64,000 bases of DNA, taken from contig VMGB01000001.1 in NCBI GenBank assembly GCA_007376295.1, positions 285,969 through 349,968 of the forward strand, written 5' to 3'. Source of the stretch: Parcubacteria group bacterium Gr01-1014_13. GTDB lineage: Bacteria; Patescibacteriota; Patescibacteriia; Magasanikbacterales; GWA2-37-8. Of this stretch, positions 1 to 9,034 are shown piece after piece (the first letter of the stretch is position 1; every line of letters begins with the position of its first letter). The notes under the pieces are model-generated. The model saw only the letters and a list, made by a program, of their open reading frames with translations, had not been told where the DNA came from and did not search any database. A program made the translations under genes and the position numbers.

Positions 1-524
1 GCCTGCGCAAGAATGTTACTAGAATTAGCGCTCACTAAAAATAGAGCTCTATTTTTTAAATTAAGTTTAGAATGCAAAATTTGATAAAACCAAATACTAA
101 AAGATTGCGCTACCAGATAGCCAAGGATACTCGCTAAACCCAAACGGGCGCTTTTATTAAAAACTGTTATCATCGCCTGATCAAGCGTTTTTGTTTCCGC
201 GATTCCAGGCATACTAATCACCAGCTCTGCCATGACAAGAAAAAAGAACACAGCCAGCGTTCCTAACCAAATACTTTTATAAGCGTTCTCGGCGCCAAAA
301 TACTCAATAGCTAAATAAGTGGCCAAAGAAACTGAAATATAAAAAATGTTGCCGGTATTGGTGGTAAAGCCAAAAAAAGAAACGGTCTTACCGCCCAGAG
401 TGGCAATGAGAAGAAGATTGACGATAATAAAACCGTATAACCATTCTTTTTTAGATTTATTCAGTGAAAGCAAAAAAATTAATTCGATTATAATTATAAC
501 GGCCAAAATAATTTCATTGATCAT
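1..524 (-). CDS. Queuosine precursor transporter, VUT/YhhQ family (partial, runs off the window start)
   Basis: Hand-translated and absent from the ORF track: MINEIILAVII...KTVSFFGFTTNTGNIFY...LAIEYFGAENAYKSIWLG...ARLGLASILGYLVAQ. Multi-TM pattern typical of YhhQ/VUT; frame open to base 1. Confidence 0.75.
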   Translation of the reverse strand, partial: MINEIILAVIIIIELIFLLSLNKSKKEWLYGFIIVNLLLIATLGGKTVSFFGFTTNTGNIFYISVSLATYLAIEYFGAENAYKSIWLGTLAVFFFLVMAELVISMPGIAETKTLDQAMITVFNKSARLGLASILGYLVAQSFSIWFYQILHSKLNLKNRALFLVSANSSNILAQ

Positions 525-677
525 ATTTAAGATACGATTTAAAATTTATATATTAATTATACACCATACCGTTTTATAGATAAAGGCGGCAAAGTGTGTT
601 ATAATTACTTCGCTTAATAAAATAATAAAAATCAAGATGATTCCCCCCCCTCTTTTTTTTCTTATCTTGTTAAAGGT

Positions 678-2687
678 ATGAATAAATTAAAAAACCGACT
701 CCCTTTACTTATACTTTTTTTTGGCATAGCGGCAAGTTCTTTGTTCGTTTCTCATTACGTACTAGATATTGTTTCCTGGTTCGGAGTGCATTCCGGACCG
801 AAAATATCGCAGGAAGCGCGAGAAGGGATTGATACGGAAATAAGGTACGCTTTAATCCAAGCTAAAGAGCTAGCCGCTAACACAACATTGCGTTCGGCCT
901 TACACGAGCGGGACATTGCAAATCTGCTGGGAATCACCGCCGATGAAGCGCATAAAAGAAATGTGGAAAATATCGTCGTGACGGATGAAAACGGGGTGGT
1001 GCTATCAAGAACTGCAAATGCCACCAAACGCGGCGATTACATTTTTCAAACTACTGTTTGGGGGCATTTGGTAGCCGAAGGCAGAGGAGTTGCAAGCATT
1101 GAAAAAGGCAGAGTAAATCCCCTATTAATAATAGCCGCCTCGCCCATTAAAGAAGCTGGACGATTAATCGGCGGTATTTTTGTTTCCTATAATCTAACTA
1201 ACGATTACGCTAAACGTTTAACGGAAAAGTATCTTGATCCGGGAGTAGAGCTGGCTTTTTATAGTTATGAAAAAGGAGTTGTCGCCACCAGTTTTGACGA
1301 CCCGGAAATGAACTTAAGGCTAACCTCGTATTTTAACAAAGCTTTCCCCAATTCCACTTTTACAAACGAAGGAAATAATAGCTGGTCTAACCACGTTCAA
1401 TTTGACGGCGGTCATTATATGGTACGGTATATGAACCTGTCGGGAACAGACCATAAATTTGTTGGTTCTGTGGTAATTTTTATTCCCTGTCAGCCCGGCA
1501 CTGTGGCTATTATTATCGCCGCTATCCTAACGCTTCTTTTTTTTATATCATCTACGCTTTTTTGTCACTATCGTCGATGTTCAATAAACGGAAGAAACCC
1601 GGTCTCAATCTCTCTGCTCTCACTGTTAGTTTTTACACTGACATTTTTATTGTCATATTTAAACATCATTAGATTTACGACTAAACTTACTAAACCGCCA
1701 TTTACCATTTACAACTCAACCATGGCGTTTGAACCTGAAACCAGCATTGTCAGCAAATACTTTGAGCAGCGAATCGCCATCACTGTCAGTCCGGGCGGCG
1801 AAGCGATTAATACCGTATCAGCCGTAATAAATTATGATCCCAAAGCCGTAAAAATAAAAAATATAATTACGGATAAATCATTCTGCGACCAAAACCTATT
1901 TTTGGAAAAAAATATCGATGAAGCAAATGGTAAAGTTACTATTTCCTGTCTGGCGCCTAATCCGGGTTTTGCCGAACCAAAAGGAATTGTCGCTGAACTT
2001 GTTTTACAACCATTAAATGACGGGTTTATTGGTTTGCGGTTTGATCCCGAAAGCCAGGTTCTGGCCAATGATGGCTTGGGGACAAATGTTTTGCGCCAGG
2101 CTACCGACGGCAGTTATCAAATTGTGGACGAAAGTTTGACAACATCTACACGTTCACTTCTTGTTTTTTCCGTCACTCACCCTAATATTGAGCGCTGGTA
2201 TTCCAAAAAAATTATCGACCTTTCTTGGGTCGCTAAACCGGATCATCTTTACCAGTACGCGCTCAATAAAATTACTGATTTTGTTCCCGACAAAACTGCT
2301 ACCACCACACAACGAACCACGCGGCTGTCTGTGTCCGAAGACGGTATTTACTATTTCCACCTACTGGAAACAAAGAATAATGCCTCAACCGCGCTCGCGC
2401 ACTTCCCTATCAGAATTGATTTAACTCCGCCGCCGCCACCGGTAATCCGGGCAAGCAGCCAAAAAGTTGCCACCGATCAAATAGTCCGGTTTAATTTTGA
2501 AAATTTAGATACTCCGCCAAGTCTGCAATCCGGATTCTTTATTCAATTTAATAAAGGAATATTTTTACCGGTTCAGCCGCCCTTGTTTATGCCATTTCTC
2601 TTCTCCGGGAACTACCACGTCAATGTGCGTGTTTTTGATGCCGCCGGAAATACAAATGACGCGAGCACTACTATTGAAGTTAATTAA
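678..2687 (+). CDS. Membrane protein with Cache-like sensor domain, TM pair, cohesin-like domain and Ig-like C-terminus
   Basis: N-terminal TM; dCache-like segment (IVVTDENGVVLSR...AASPIKEAGRLIGGIFV); two TMs; cohesin-like motif (GEAINTVSAVINYDP...VLANDGLGTNVL); IDLTPP and VRVFDAAGN Ig-type motifs. Confidence 0.7.
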   Translation: MNKLKNRLPLLILFFGIAASSLFVSHYVLDIVSWFGVHSGPKISQEAREGIDTEIRYALIQAKELAANTTLRSALHERDIANLLGITADEAHKRNVENIVVTDENGVVLSRTANATKRGDYIFQTTVWGHLVAEGRGVASIEKGRVNPLLIIAASPIKEAGRLIGGIFVSYNLTNDYAKRLTEKYLDPGVELAFYSYEKGVVATSFDDPEMNLRLTSYFNKAFPNSTFTNEGNNSWSNHVQFDGGHYMVRYMNLSGTDHKFVGSVVIFIPCQPGTVAIIIAAILTLLFFISSTLFCHYRRCSINGRNPVSISLLSLLVFTLTFLLSYLNIIRFTTKLTKPPFTIYNSTMAFEPETSIVSKYFEQRIAITVSPGGEAINTVSAVINYDPKAVKIKNIITDKSFCDQNLFLEKNIDEANGKVTISCLAPNPGFAEPKGIVAELVLQPLNDGFIGLRFDPESQVLANDGLGTNVLRQATDGSYQIVDESLTTSTRSLLVFSVTHPNIERWYSKKIIDLSWVAKPDHLYQYALNKITDFVPDKTATTTQRTTRLSVSEDGIYYFHLLETKNNASTALAHFPIRIDLTPPPPPVIRASSQKVATDQIVRFNFENLDTPPSLQSGFFIQFNKGIFLPVQPPLFMPFLFSGNYHVNVRVFDAAGNTNDASTTIEVN

Positions 2688-2707
2688 GGATATTACAAAA
2701 TAAAAAA

Positions 2708-2728
2708 CACTCTACTTTTGGTAGAGTG
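2708..2728. terminator. Intrinsic terminator between convergent genes
   Basis: CACTCTAC-ttttg-GTAGAGTG with a U-tract on the minus strand. Confidence 0.7.
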
Positions 2729-2768
2729 ACCGGCTCGCGTTTTTAGGCGCGAATACGGAATTTTTAGC

Positions 2769-3455
2769 CTAGTAGTCCCGCCGCGTATTCATAATACTGC
2801 GGCGGAAGAGGTTGTGGTATTTTTCTTCCAACCGCGCCTCTTCTTTGCTATCGTCATGACTGATCAAATCTTGAGGATCAAGAATTTGATCAAAGATTTC
2901 ATGACTGGTAGCTGTATCCACCACCTTGATGCGGATCACCATTTCCTGGTCGGACATCCCGGCGAAAATCGGATTCAGCTCGGGATTGTTGAGTCCACGG
3001 ACCATGTGATCAACAGCCGCTTTCGCCAACGCGTAACGAGAGAAGCTGGCTGCACGCAATCGCGCGCTTTGATCGATCAGATCTTCCAACTCCTTCACGA
3101 ATTGCTTGACAACCTTGTTAGTTGTTGTGCAATTCTGTTCCTCGCGGAATGGCAGATTGATCTCGCCACTTCCTCGGAGTTTTACCACATCTTCGCGGAA
3201 CTTCATGGCTGACTCCAAATCCATCAACTGACCAAGAACCTTGATGTCGTCGTCAATAAGAATATGTATTGACCGTGGCAAAGCGCCTCCAAACTCCACC
3301 CAACCATGCTGGCCACTACAGGTCTGGCAGAGTATGATACCCTTGTAGTTGCGGAGCTTTTCCTCCCTGGTGTTTTGCCCGTTATTATGGCCATTGGGCC
3401 GGCCTGGGTAGGTATACTCTCCGCTGTCAGGAGCCGTATCTTCGAACTTCATCAT
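2769..3455 (-). CDS. Hypothetical orphan protein (one CxxC)
   Basis: ORF track 2769..3581; start moved to ATG 3455 behind GAGGGTGG. TTGACA-17-TATACT promoter at about 3529-3557 lies inside the longer ORF. Confidence 0.65.
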   Translation of the reverse strand: MMKFEDTAPDSGEYTYPGRPNGHNNGQNTREEKLRNYKGIILCQTCSGQHGWVEFGGALPRSIHILIDDDIKVLGQLMDLESAMKFREDVVKLRGSGEINLPFREEQNCTTTNKVVKQFVKELEDLIDQSARLRAASFSRYALAKAAVDHMVRGLNNPELNPIFAGMSDQEMVIRIKVVDTATSHEIFDQILDPQDLISHDDSKEEARLEEKYHNLFRRSIMNTRRDY

Positions 3456-3597
3456 GTTCCACCCTCTTTCGTGACTGGTTGTATAATCTCCTTCTACCAT
3501 CCCCATGGTAAGAGGAGAAACGGGTGGAGTATAGCACAAAAAAGAGGTTTTGTCAATGTTTGACAAAACTTGTATTTTCAAGTATTATTCTCCCATT

Positions 3598-3671
3598 GGG
3601 TCGGTAGTTCAACTGGTTAGAGCACTGCCCTGTCACGGCAGAAGTTGCGGGTTCGAGTCCCGTCCGACCCG
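3598..3671 (+). tRNA. tRNA-Asp(GTC), intron-less
   Basis: GGGTCGG/CCGACCC acceptor stem, CTGCC-ctGTCac-GGCAG anticodon arm, TTCGAGT T-loop; TTGACA-17-TATTAT promoter upstream. Confidence 0.97.
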
Positions 3672-3699
3672 CCCATTATTTCATTCTCAACCAAATTAA

Positions 3700-3731
3700 A
3701 AAAACAGGCTGGCAATCGCCAGTCTGTTTTT
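3700..3731. terminator. Bidirectional intrinsic terminator
   Basis: AAAAACAGGCTGGC-aatc-GCCAGTCTGTTTTT between tRNA-Asp and a convergent gene. Confidence 0.8.
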
Positions 3732-3753
3732 GTTAATTTCTTTTCATAGGTTG

Positions 3754-5481
3754 TTATTGAGTGGTGGTAGTTGCAGTTACTGTTACCTTGCCGGATTGAA
3801 TTACTGAATTGTCCAAATTCAGAACTCCTTCTACCCCGACCATGTTACCAACATGCAAATTGGCAAATGTCGGATTGCTTACACCAGGAACAATGAGTTG
3901 AGTATCGCCATATACTTGGGCGGTATAAACGGCGCCGGTAGAAGTCCTGAAGATAAAACTTTGGGTTGTAGTATTAATTGTTTGTATGCTTCCAGATATC
4001 GGCCCAGCTGTAGTTACTACAGAATCATCACGAACAAGAGTGGCGGTTATATTACCGCCGCTACCCATATTTCCTTGAACAACTAAGGTATCCCCTAAAG
4101 TAAAGTTGCCCAAATCAATACCTACGCCATTCTTGCTAGTCAAATCAGTATTAGCATCGACTCGGAATGTAACTGAATTAATTGGCGGAGCCAACAAGAC
4201 GCTCATTCCATTTAACGGAGGAAGGATATCTGATACTTCTACTGTCAACATGGCCGGGAGAGTTCTGCCGCTCATAGCAGTTAACTTTCCCTTAAAGCTA
4301 AAGGGCAAAGGTTGCGAAACATTTAAGACTGTTATGATGTTGGCGGTTAGGACATTTGTTCTGGTATTTAATGCGCCCTCTACCCGAACATTATCCCCAA
4401 CTTTAATATCAGCAAAAACAGAGGTGGTCATTCCAGGGACATTAAATATCGTAGATCCATGCACTGCCACATTCATTGTTGAACCATCGTCTTTGACAAG
4501 AACAAAGGTTTGGTCAAAAGGATCTACTGACTGAACGTTTCCCTTAGCCGTGCTGCTTACTACTCCAACAGAATTATCACGAACAGTTGTAGCGGTAATA
4601 TTTCCGCCAGCGTCTATATTTCCCTGCATCACTATATCATCACCCACCTTTAAATCCGCCAGAGTTATAGTTGCTCCAGAAGTTTCTGTAATCTTTGTAT
4701 TACTATCAACTTTAAAAGTTACCATATTAACCGGTTGGGCAAGCAGAGATCGCAGACTACCAGTTAGCGGAGGCAAAACACCTGTAACTTCCATCGTTAG
4801 TGAGGCTGGAAGAGTTGTGCTGCTTATAGCGGTTAATTCCCCCCTTAAGCTAAAAGGAAGCGGCTGAGGTTTTGTTACTTTAACTCTTACATGTGACGCA
4901 ACCAGGATATTTGTTCTGCTGTTAAACATTCCGGTTACCGTAGCTTGCTCACTGAACTTAAGATCGGAAAAGCTTAAAGTTTTTCCGTTAGTGCTCATAA
5001 TTTTTGTATTGCTTGTCACCTGCACAACTACCGGCAAAAGTTTGGAAGAGAAACCGGCGCGAGGCGACAAGGTAAATGTCATATCGAAAGGTTCGATGGT
5101 GCTAATGGTACCGGTTAAAGTTCTATGCTTTAACTTAAGAGATTGATCCTTTACTGATAACGCTTGCAAGATTCCATTTTCATCATAACGGCCAAATACT
5201 TGCAAAGTATCACCGGTCATAAGAGATGATAGTGAAACTTTTTCAAATGAATGGCTTAAGAAAATGGTTTTGTCAGAAACCCCTACTACTACGGTGGTAG
5301 TGGCCTGGCCTTTAACTTGAAGTGTTAATTGAGCAGGTAAAGTGGTTGAATTTACTGAGATAAGTTTGCCAGTGACTAGAGTAAGCTGCGTAGAGCTTTG
5401 AGCCATAGCTGGCGATATCATAGCCAGCGAAAGCAACATTACCAGTAATCCGGAACCTGCCTTATGAATTAAATATTTCAT
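3754..5481 (-). CDS. Secreted multi-repeat DUF5666-like (OB-fold) protein
   Basis: Signal peptide (SPAMA-Q); about six repeats of G-x-I-x-x-I...T-x-I...DLKVGDxVxVxG...A-x-x-V. Confidence 0.8.
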   Translation of the reverse strand: MKYLIHKAGSGLLVMLLSLAMISPAMAQSSTQLTLVTGKLISVNSTTLPAQLTLQVKGQATTTVVVGVSDKTIFLSHSFEKVSLSSLMTGDTLQVFGRYDENGILQALSVKDQSLKLKHRTLTGTISTIEPFDMTFTLSPRAGFSSKLLPVVVQVTSNTKIMSTNGKTLSFSDLKFSEQATVTGMFNSRTNILVASHVRVKVTKPQPLPFSLRGELTAISSTTLPASLTMEVTGVLPPLTGSLRSLLAQPVNMVTFKVDSNTKITETSGATITLADLKVGDDIVMQGNIDAGGNITATTVRDNSVGVVSSTAKGNVQSVDPFDQTFVLVKDDGSTMNVAVHGSTIFNVPGMTTSVFADIKVGDNVRVEGALNTRTNVLTANIITVLNVSQPLPFSFKGKLTAMSGRTLPAMLTVEVSDILPPLNGMSVLLAPPINSVTFRVDANTDLTSKNGVGIDLGNFTLGDTLVVQGNMGSGGNITATLVRDDSVVTTAGPISGSIQTINTTTQSFIFRTSTGAVYTAQVYGDTQLIVPGVSNPTFANLHVGNMVGVEGVLNLDNSVIQSGKVTVTATTTTQ

Positions 5482-5730
5482 ATAATTAACAATTAAAGGT
5501 AAATTAATCTCGAAGGATCATCGGCCTTTAAATTGCAAATATGAACTTTGGTCCTTCATTAACTATACACTCCTGTCCAAGTAACGTTACATCAGGCAGT
5601 GATAGTCTTCTTTAATTAAAGCATTAAATATATGTGAAAATTATGAAGTTTCTTCTCCATATTGATATTATTTTTTAATAAAAAAACGAACGCCGGGAAA
5701 AGCGCTCGCTAAAATGAACAAACTTTACTA

Positions 5731-6348
5731 CTAACCCCAAGGATATGGTTCGAGCTTGATATCTGGATAATCCCTTCTCATTATCTGCGCTAATTGCGAA
5801 ATTTTATGCGGACTAGGCCTACCTTCTCTGATCAAGACCAAACCCATGGTTTGTTTTAGCCATTCTGTATCCATTTTGACATGACATTCTTGACAAAAGA
5901 CTAGGCGCTTCATCCACGGCCCACCACCAAACTTCCCCCACGAAGTTATTCCGTAATAACTAACGGAGTGCCACTGTGGAGCAAATCTGTTTTGAAATGC
6001 TAGGCCGGAATCATAACGGATACTTTTATCATCTTTTTTACAACGAATACATACCAAATGTGTCGCTGCAAAGTATGTCCAACTAACACCATCTCCGCTT
6101 GGGATGCTCCACTGTAAAAGATTTGAGTTCTGAAAACAATATTTTCCGCTTTCTTGATTATCTTTATCAAGTTCATTGCCGCAATTATGGCAATCCAACA
6201 AAAAATGATAATCAGGAGAGTGAAAGCCTTGCACTCGGCAATCTTTAAACAGCCCGCAATCTATTGTTTGCTTGGTTTTGCGTCTGACCCAGATCGCAAA
6301 TCCGCATTTTTCACAAACTGTTGCCTCTCCTTCTAGATTAGCCATCAT
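5731..6348 (-). CDS. Hypothetical multi-CxxC (zinc-ribbon-like) protein
   Basis: Start moved to ATG 6348 behind AAGGAG; CEKC, CHNC, CIRC and CQEC motifs. Confidence 0.65.
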   Translation of the reverse strand: MMANLEGEATVCEKCGFAIWVRRKTKQTIDCGLFKDCRVQGFHSPDYHFLLDCHNCGNELDKDNQESGKYCFQNSNLLQWSIPSGDGVSWTYFAATHLVCIRCKKDDKSIRYDSGLAFQNRFAPQWHSVSYYGITSWGKFGGGPWMKRLVFCQECHVKMDTEWLKQTMGLVLIREGRPSPHKISQLAQIMRRDYPDIKLEPYPWG

Positions 6349-6472
6349 CAACTCCTTTTGTATTGCGCAAATATAACATGACCGTAATCCTTGGGTCAAG
6401 GGCTTGCTAAATTCCATTTTGTGGAATATACTGGGCTTAGTTTTGAAAAAACCCCAAACCAAGGAGAAAACG

Positions 6473-6787
6473 ATACGCATCAGGATCAAAAGCACTCCAC
6501 CCGGAGATAGAAATAGTCCTCCTGAATGGATCAGGCAAGCCTGGGTCGGTATTGAACTAGAAAGTACTGGCAGAGAACCCACGCCTCCCCTGAATGATTT
6601 CCAATTACTTACTGGTCTACGAAGCAGTACGGCAAATTTGGATGGTTACATGGTAGATGGCCTCACAGCTTTAAGGGCGCTTCAACTCCACAACACGGAA
6701 GCCTACAGATGGTGGATAATAAACTGTCCAGAAGCAGCTTTCAGCACCCTGGTGTTCCATACCAAAGTATGCGAGGAGCTTCCCTAG
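6473..6787 (+). CDS. Hypothetical protein (TPPG..PEWIRQAWVG motif), non-ATG start
   Basis: AAGGAG at 6461 is followed 6 nt later by in-frame ATA; the ORF-track TTG at 6404 coincides with the -35 box; alternative TTG at 6443. Confidence 0.6.
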   Translation: MRIRIKSTPPGDRNSPPEWIRQAWVGIELESTGREPTPPLNDFQLLTGLRSSTANLDGYMVDGLTALRALQLHNTEAYRWWIINCPEAAFSTLVFHTKVCEELP

Positions 6788-6860
6788 TTCCTCCCGCTTA
6801 CCAAAAAACAAGCCCGCTTGGTCGTTGTACCAAACGGGCTTTTATGTTATTATTAACATC

Positions 6861-7298
6861 ATGAATTTAACATTTAAAAAACTATTTAAGCTCGGAGTCT
6901 TTCCTTTTTTAGTTTACCTGGTAAATAACACTATTCAATTTTTGGTACCGGAAGCTTATCTTCTATATAGCATAGATACATTGGCACATTTTTTGGGAGG
7001 CCTGGCTATTGCCTACAGCGCCCATTATGCCTTATCTATGATTGAGAAAAAACATTGGATTACAATCAAAAAAAATATTTTGAGGTGTGGTATTATTTTT
7101 TCAATAGTGATGACAATTGCAGTATGGTGGGAGTTTTATGAATTCCTTTATGATTATTTCGCAGACACATCTTCCTACTCTTATTTATTCCTCATGCAAC
7201 CCAGTGTTTCTGACACGATAAAAGATTTCTATATGGCTACGTTTGGAGCAATAGTTTTTTGTATCGGCATATTGCACCAAGCAAAAAAGAAAAAATAA
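6861..7298 (+). CDS. DUF2238-like inner membrane protein
   Basis: Four TMs with DTLAHFLGG, WEFYE and DTIKD motifs; start moved to ATG 6861. Confidence 0.7.
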   Translation: MNLTFKKLFKLGVFPFLVYLVNNTIQFLVPEAYLLYSIDTLAHFLGGLAIAYSAHYALSMIEKKHWITIKKNILRCGIIFSIVMTIAVWWEFYEFLYDYFADTSSYSYLFLMQPSVSDTIKDFYMATFGAIVFCIGILHQAKKKK

Positions 7299-7299
7299 A

Positions 7300-8490
7300 T
7301 TAACTTTTTTGTAGCCGACGAGAATAGTACCAAGCCGCTAACAACGTGGTAAGGGGTACGGCTATCACCAATACTGTACTTCCTACCAAGGTACGAACAA
7401 TTTCTTCCGCAATAAAATTACTGTTTAGGGTGACCCATAAAGATTGGGTTTTTTGCGTACTATAAAGCAACAATAAAGGAAACGAGGCCCCAACATAGGC
7501 AAGAAATAAAGTATTGATAAGGGAAGCGATATGTTCCCGGCCAACTGATATACCGCTTTTATAAAGCTGCTGAAACGTAAGGGAGTTATTGGCAGTTGAA
7601 ATTTCTTCTACAGCCGCGGCTTGGCCTGTAGTTACATCATCTAAAACTCCGAGAACGCCGATAATAATACTGCCGAGCAATAATCCTTGTAAATTAATAT
7701 TAAAGGTATCGAACTGTAAATAAAACGCTTCTTCTGTGCCATTGCCAGCCACTTTGGCCATATATACAAAAAGTAGATCTATAACCACCGCCAATGCCAA
7801 ACACAACATAGAGCTTACCAAAGCAATGCTAGTTCTTTTATTAAACCCATGTGATAAATATAGCGACAAGAGAAGAATAACGACTGCTCCGATTACACAT
7901 GTCCAAAGTGGATCAGCGCCTTTGATAATATGCGGAATAATGTAATAAAAGATAACGACGATACTAAAAATCATCCCTATAACAGATGTCAAACCGCGTT
8001 TGCGGCCAAAATAAATAGCGAGAGCAAAAAATATTGCGGTGATCAGTAGCAGGTTGGGCGTGCGATATCTGTCGGTAATATAATATACATCTTTTTGTCC
8101 TTGTGTATGTGAAGGTTTGGATAGAATTACAGTCTCCCCTTCCCTTACTTTTTGAAATACTCCGATAACAAAGTCTTTACCATGATCAATAACTACACGC
8201 TTACCCTTTTCATCGCCATTTAAAATTTCCAGCTCTAACTTTTGGTACTCCTGCACGCGGCCATCTATCGTTACTGTGCCGGATTCCAAAATTTTCAGCA
8301 CCTTGGCACGATAAGAGATATCCCCTGTTTCGGTAGCTACTGGTACTGCCGGCAGATCCGGATTCTCCAAAAAGACCGCTGTATCTTGCTGATCCGACGC
8401 AGTATCGGTCGCGGCTCTGGCCACACCAATATTTAATAAACAAGCAAACAGTACCAGACATACCAAAATCCACTTTATTTTATATATCAT
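7300..8490 (-). CDS. YibE/F family membrane protein
   Basis: GVLDDVT, GREHIASLINTLFLAYVGASFPLLL and EEIVRTLVGS motifs. Confidence 0.9.
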   Translation of the reverse strand: MIYKIKWILVCLVLFACLLNIGVARAATDTASDQQDTAVFLENPDLPAVPVATETGDISYRAKVLKILESGTVTIDGRVQEYQKLELEILNGDEKGKRVVIDHGKDFVIGVFQKVREGETVILSKPSHTQGQKDVYYITDRYRTPNLLLITAIFFALAIYFGRKRGLTSVIGMIFSIVVIFYYIIPHIIKGADPLWTCVIGAVVILLLSLYLSHGFNKRTSIALVSSMLCLALAVVIDLLFVYMAKVAGNGTEEAFYLQFDTFNINLQGLLLGSIIIGVLGVLDDVTTGQAAAVEEISTANNSLTFQQLYKSGISVGREHIASLINTLFLAYVGASFPLLLLYSTQKTQSLWVTLNSNFIAEEIVRTLVGSTVLVIAVPLTTLLAAWYYSRRLQKS

Positions 8491-8559
8491 AAAATTAATA
8501 TTGATTAAACACTATTAATAATACCAAACACTGCAATAAAATGAAACCGCAGGAGGGGC

Positions 8560-8614
8560 TTGACACCTTCCTTTTAAGGTGGTACGATTAGTTTATTAAT
8601 GCAACAAAGTTGCA
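8560..8614 (+). promoter_or_regulatory. Sigma70 promoter with a candidate Zur/Fur-family operator
   Basis: TTGACA (8560) - 17 bp - TACGAT (8583); palindrome TGCAAC-aaa-GTTGCA at 8600-8614 just downstream. Confidence 0.7.
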
Positions 8615-8629
8615 AATCATACTGACATT

Positions 8630-9010
8630 ATGAGAAGTACCCCTGTCCGTAAAGCTTTACTAAAAATCCTATCCAAAGACCAAGCGCCTTTGTCAGCTTT
8701 TGATATTTTGGCAAAATTGCATGCCCAGAAACTGCTTGCCAACAAAACAACGGTTTACCGCCAGCTTGATTCGTTAGAAAAACAGGGCTTGATTCATACT
8801 GTGCGTCTCAGCGATCGCAGTGTGCGCTACGAGTTGGCCGGAAAAGATGATCACCACCATCATTTGGTTTGTGTAAAATGCAACGATGTTAAAGATGTTG
8901 ATTTTGAAAACCATTTATCCCGTCAAGAAAAAAATATCGAAAAAAGTAAAAAATTCAAGATATTGCGTCACTCAATGGAGTTTTTTGGTCTGTGCTTTAA
9001 TTGTCAATAA
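8630..9010 (+). CDS. zur: Fur-family metalloregulator, probably Zur
   Basis: TTVYRQL HTH, HHHHLVCVKC and C-terminal GLCFNC; directly upstream of a ZIP transporter. Confidence 0.85.
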   Translation: MRSTPVRKALLKILSKDQAPLSAFDILAKLHAQKLLANKTTVYRQLDSLEKQGLIHTVRLSDRSVRYELAGKDDHHHHLVCVKCNDVKDVDFENHLSRQEKNIEKSKKFKILRHSMEFFGLCFNCQ

Positions 9011-9034
9011 AATTAAATTAATTAAATAAACATT

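Noticed and set aside
346-579. 77-aa plus-strand ORF and the many other short antisense ORFs in the track (for example 56566..56808)
   Set aside because: They are shadows of better-supported opposite-strand genes or tRNAs (the YhhQ-like gene; rpmG and tRNA-Trp).
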